A program made the position numbers and the translations under genes. Below are positions 61,097 through 64,000 of a DNA stretch of 64,000 bases, piece after piece (the stretch's first letter is position 1; each line of letters starts with the position of its first letter). This DNA comes from Vitrella brassicaformis CCMP3155. Taxonomy: Eukaryota > Protista > Chromerida. The stretch is taken from positions 1 to 64,000 of the forward strand of contig CDMY01000494.1 in the NCBI GenBank assembly GCA_001179505.1. The letters are read 5' to 3'. Below the pieces are notes generated by a model. That model did not search any database and had not been told where the DNA came from. It worked only from the letters and a program-made list of their open reading frames with translations.

Positions 61097-64000
61097 ATGG
61101 CACTGGTAGAGCGCGACCTGACGATTCGCTTTGCGGGTGACGGAGCGGCAGGTGCGCCACTCGTCATCAAGGAGAGCGTCGCGCGGCTGTTCAAGTACTT
61201 CGAGTCGGTGAGGAAGAAGGGTACGAGGGTGGGAGGCAGATCGCTGATGCATTCTGGTGGTCTGTATTCCTGCAGATGTTAGACGGCCCGTTCATAGAGG
61301 GCCAGGAGGGCGAGATCTGCTTAGATGGGCTGGTCAGCAGGCGCACCGCTGAAGTGGTGCTGCGCCCCGAGCCCGACATAGTCACGGCCATCACGAAGGA
61401 CACCTTCATCGAGGCGCTCGTCGCCCTCGATTTCTTCCAGTTCGAGTGGGACAGCGACACACGTCGGGTCACTGGGCAGAGCCTGCTCACACGGATCCAG
61501 CGAAAGGTATGCGAGCAGAGCAAGGAGGTTGTGGCAAACCACACTGGGGCAAGGCACCTCTCTACTCCTGAATGGGTGTATGTATCTTGCATGCCCTGCA
61601 GGCCCTGCTGTGCGGCCGGCTCGATGACGCAGACATCGCCAACGGGCTACTCGACAGCTTCGGTACACACGGCACGCAACAACATCCCCTGTTGTGAGAG
61701 GGCGTGAGAGATCGATGCAATGATACCCCCATCAATGCTACCCCCTGTGCTGTGCTACCCTGTTATGATGGGTGCGGTGCAGGCGACAACGCGTGTGTGG
61801 CCGAGCTCATCCTCGGGAGCGAGGATGTGCCGAGGTGTCTGGCGCCGTGGCTCATCAACAGACCGTTGGTGATTCAGGAGCACTGGCAGCGGAGACTCGG
61901 TCACGAATGGCAGTGGCAGCGGTGCTCCCACGCGGCGATCTGGCTGCTTAGCGGTATTGCGAGGGCGATCTCCCATGGCCAGTTTGACGTGTCGAGGCAG
62001 CAGCTGGATGACTTTCTCACCGCTGCCACCGGATCGTCAACCATCGCAGAGGCGCATGGTCAGCCCAGAGCAAAATCGTGTGCACAAATGTATGTATGTC
62101 CTTCTTTGCATCTGTCCTTTTCCAGCCAGTGTGTGGGAAGAGCCGACCTTATCGTGGTCCCTGGATATCATCGACCTGTACCCCTTCGACGACAGCACAG
62201 ACCACCCCCTCGTCACCGACCTGCCCTCCGTCATCCTCACGGCAGGCGGGTACGATGAGGAGGGGCACAACCCTGGCTTCGGCCTCGCCCTCGAGCCCTC
62301 CCGCCCACCCGAAGACACAATGGTGTCGGAGGTCAGGACCTGGTCGGTCAGCCTGACGAGCTGCCAGGAGCACGCGAGCCGAACGCGATTCGCCGACTGC
62401 TTCGGCGCGTCGTCGGTCGTGTTCGAGGTGGACGTGCCCGACAGCGGTGACCCGGCGAGAGTGGTGGTGCTGCACGATGCGGCCAACGCTGCTTGTGGGA
62501 TCGACTCGGACCCCGCCAGCTCTGTCACAGGCTTCGGTGTCACATTGCTGCAGGCCAACAAGGGCATGGCCTTCACCGTCGACAACCTGACGCCCGAGGC
62601 ACTCCAAGAGATGGGGGTGAGGGAGGTGACTCTCAAGGACGTGCGGATGAAGGTGTGGATCCCGCACTTCCCCATGCGGGCGCTGTCGCTGCACTGCCTG
62701 CGCAAGTGCGTCGAGGACAACCACTGGGAGGGCGTCGCACAGATGGCCAGGTACGCACGCACGTGGACAGAGAGAGAATCAATTGACGCGTCGCTTTTCC
62801 CTTTGTGTGTGCATGGTTCAGTGCCATCGATTCGGAGGTTGCCAAGTTGCTGCTGGTGCACCTGTCACACACGAAGCCCCGCCCATACGCCCTCATGGCC
62901 TCGTGGGCGAAGGGCATCCGCGGCGCACCGTCGGTCGACAAGTGGACATGGGACGAGCTGCAGCACGCCCTACCCAACCCGCCACGGATCGAGCACCACA
63001 TTGCCGACATCCCCGCGCTGATCCCGTCGGTGCTGCCGATGCTGGACGACCACCAGCGGAAGGCCTTGTGGTCCGCAGTGTCAGCAGGGACAGGCCACCG
63101 GCCGCTGCACCTCGTCAAGGCCCTCATGGAATACATGACAGCCAAGGAGGTATGTAAGGGTCGATGGGCGGCTGCACTCGCTTCTGTGTCGACAGAGTGT
63201 GTTCTTGTGTGTTCCATCCCGTGTGCAGGCAGAGTTGCGTTCGGTGCGTTTGGAGTCGCTCAGGCAGCAGCAGACGGCCACGGAGGCCGCACACTGGTCG
63301 GGCAAGCTAGAAGACATTGACGGGTACGCTGCAACGCCCTTACACACGCGCACACACAGGAGCTGACACGCCCACGAATTCACGCTCGTTGGTGGTGGGT
63401 GTTGGTGGGTGTCTCAGGCTGCATGACGAGCTGCACCAGGTCAAGGAGGCGAGAGAGGCCATCGACAAGGGCGGTCGATCGCCGACCCCACTGACGGCCG
63501 CCATCACCAACGACCTGCCCATCTCGCGTCAGCTACACAAACGGGCCAAGAGGAGAGCACTGCATGGTCCATCTCATCTGCCGCGGTGCTGTTGTCCTCT
63601 TCCTTCCAGATGGGATGCGGCTCCTCAAGCAGCACCTGCATCAGATCGACGATGAGAAGAAACAGGTCGGCCTTGACTGACAGGAATGTTGTAGGCATTG
63701 CAATGCACGTGACATGTCAATTGGCCCCACGAGTATCTGTGTCGTGTGGTGCAGATGGCTGTAGAGGTCGATAGGCTTCGGTGCGAAATCGACTCACTCA
63801 AGCAACAGCACCAGCACCAGGTGGGTATTGACGCACTGACACCAACACCTGCGGGCCTCACCCTGTGTGTCACCTCTGTGTGTGTGTGTGACGGCTGCAG
63901 GTATCGGGGCCGGCCAGCGGGTTGCCCAGCCACCTACCATCGCCGCGAGAGGACCACCTCGACACATCCTTCACATCGGCACCATCACCAGCACAGCATT
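61097..64000 (+). CDS. BTB/POZ-domain protein with central beta-rich domain and C-terminal coiled coil (runs off the window)
   Basis: VARLFKYFES|MLDGPFIEGQEGEICLD...FIEALVALDFFQ is BTB-like. Phase-consistent exons continue to ...HQIDDEKKQ|MAVEVDRLRCEIDSLKQ|VSGP. Confidence 0.65.

Noticed and set aside
1-64000. tRNA, rRNA and transposase/reverse-transcriptase genes
   Set aside because: No cloverleaf or A/B-box pattern, rRNA signature, or DDE/RT motifs recognised by eye. A tRNAscan/Infernal/RepeatMasker run would be needed to exclude them formally.

Overview
This is intron-rich, GC-rich eukaryotic nuclear DNA. The short GT-AG introns packed with (CA)n/(GT)n, (GTCT)n and (GGAT)n repeats and the expanded lineage-specific families suggest an alveolate, most likely the chromerid Vitrella brassicaformis (inference). 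Most listed ORFs are antisense or microsatellite shadows; genes had to be rebuilt exon by exon. Confident genes are PARP1 (-), NSE1 (+), a Bax-inhibitor-1/lifeguard protein (+), a WS/DGAT (-) and a PLAC8 protein (-). Also present are an ankyrin protein, a RING-TLDc gene with an internal stop, a MATH-like protein, a BTB protein, F-box/LRR-like proteins and four members of one uncharacterised family. The most unusual items are: (1) an RPA70-like gene with RPA70N, three tandem OB-A-like folds, a coiled coil and a C-terminal RING; (2) a tail-to-tail pair of Cid1/TUTase-type nucleotidyltransferases fused to a C-terminal KH domain, one with a duplicated catalytic exon (intact and dead copy), the other disabled; (3) introns with AC repeats at the 5' end and GT repeats at the 3' end that should fold into hairpins; (4) an F-box-like protein with an NLS and a C-terminal PIP box. 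There are three 300-N assembly gaps. I found no rRNA, tRNA, CRISPR array or recognisable transposon.
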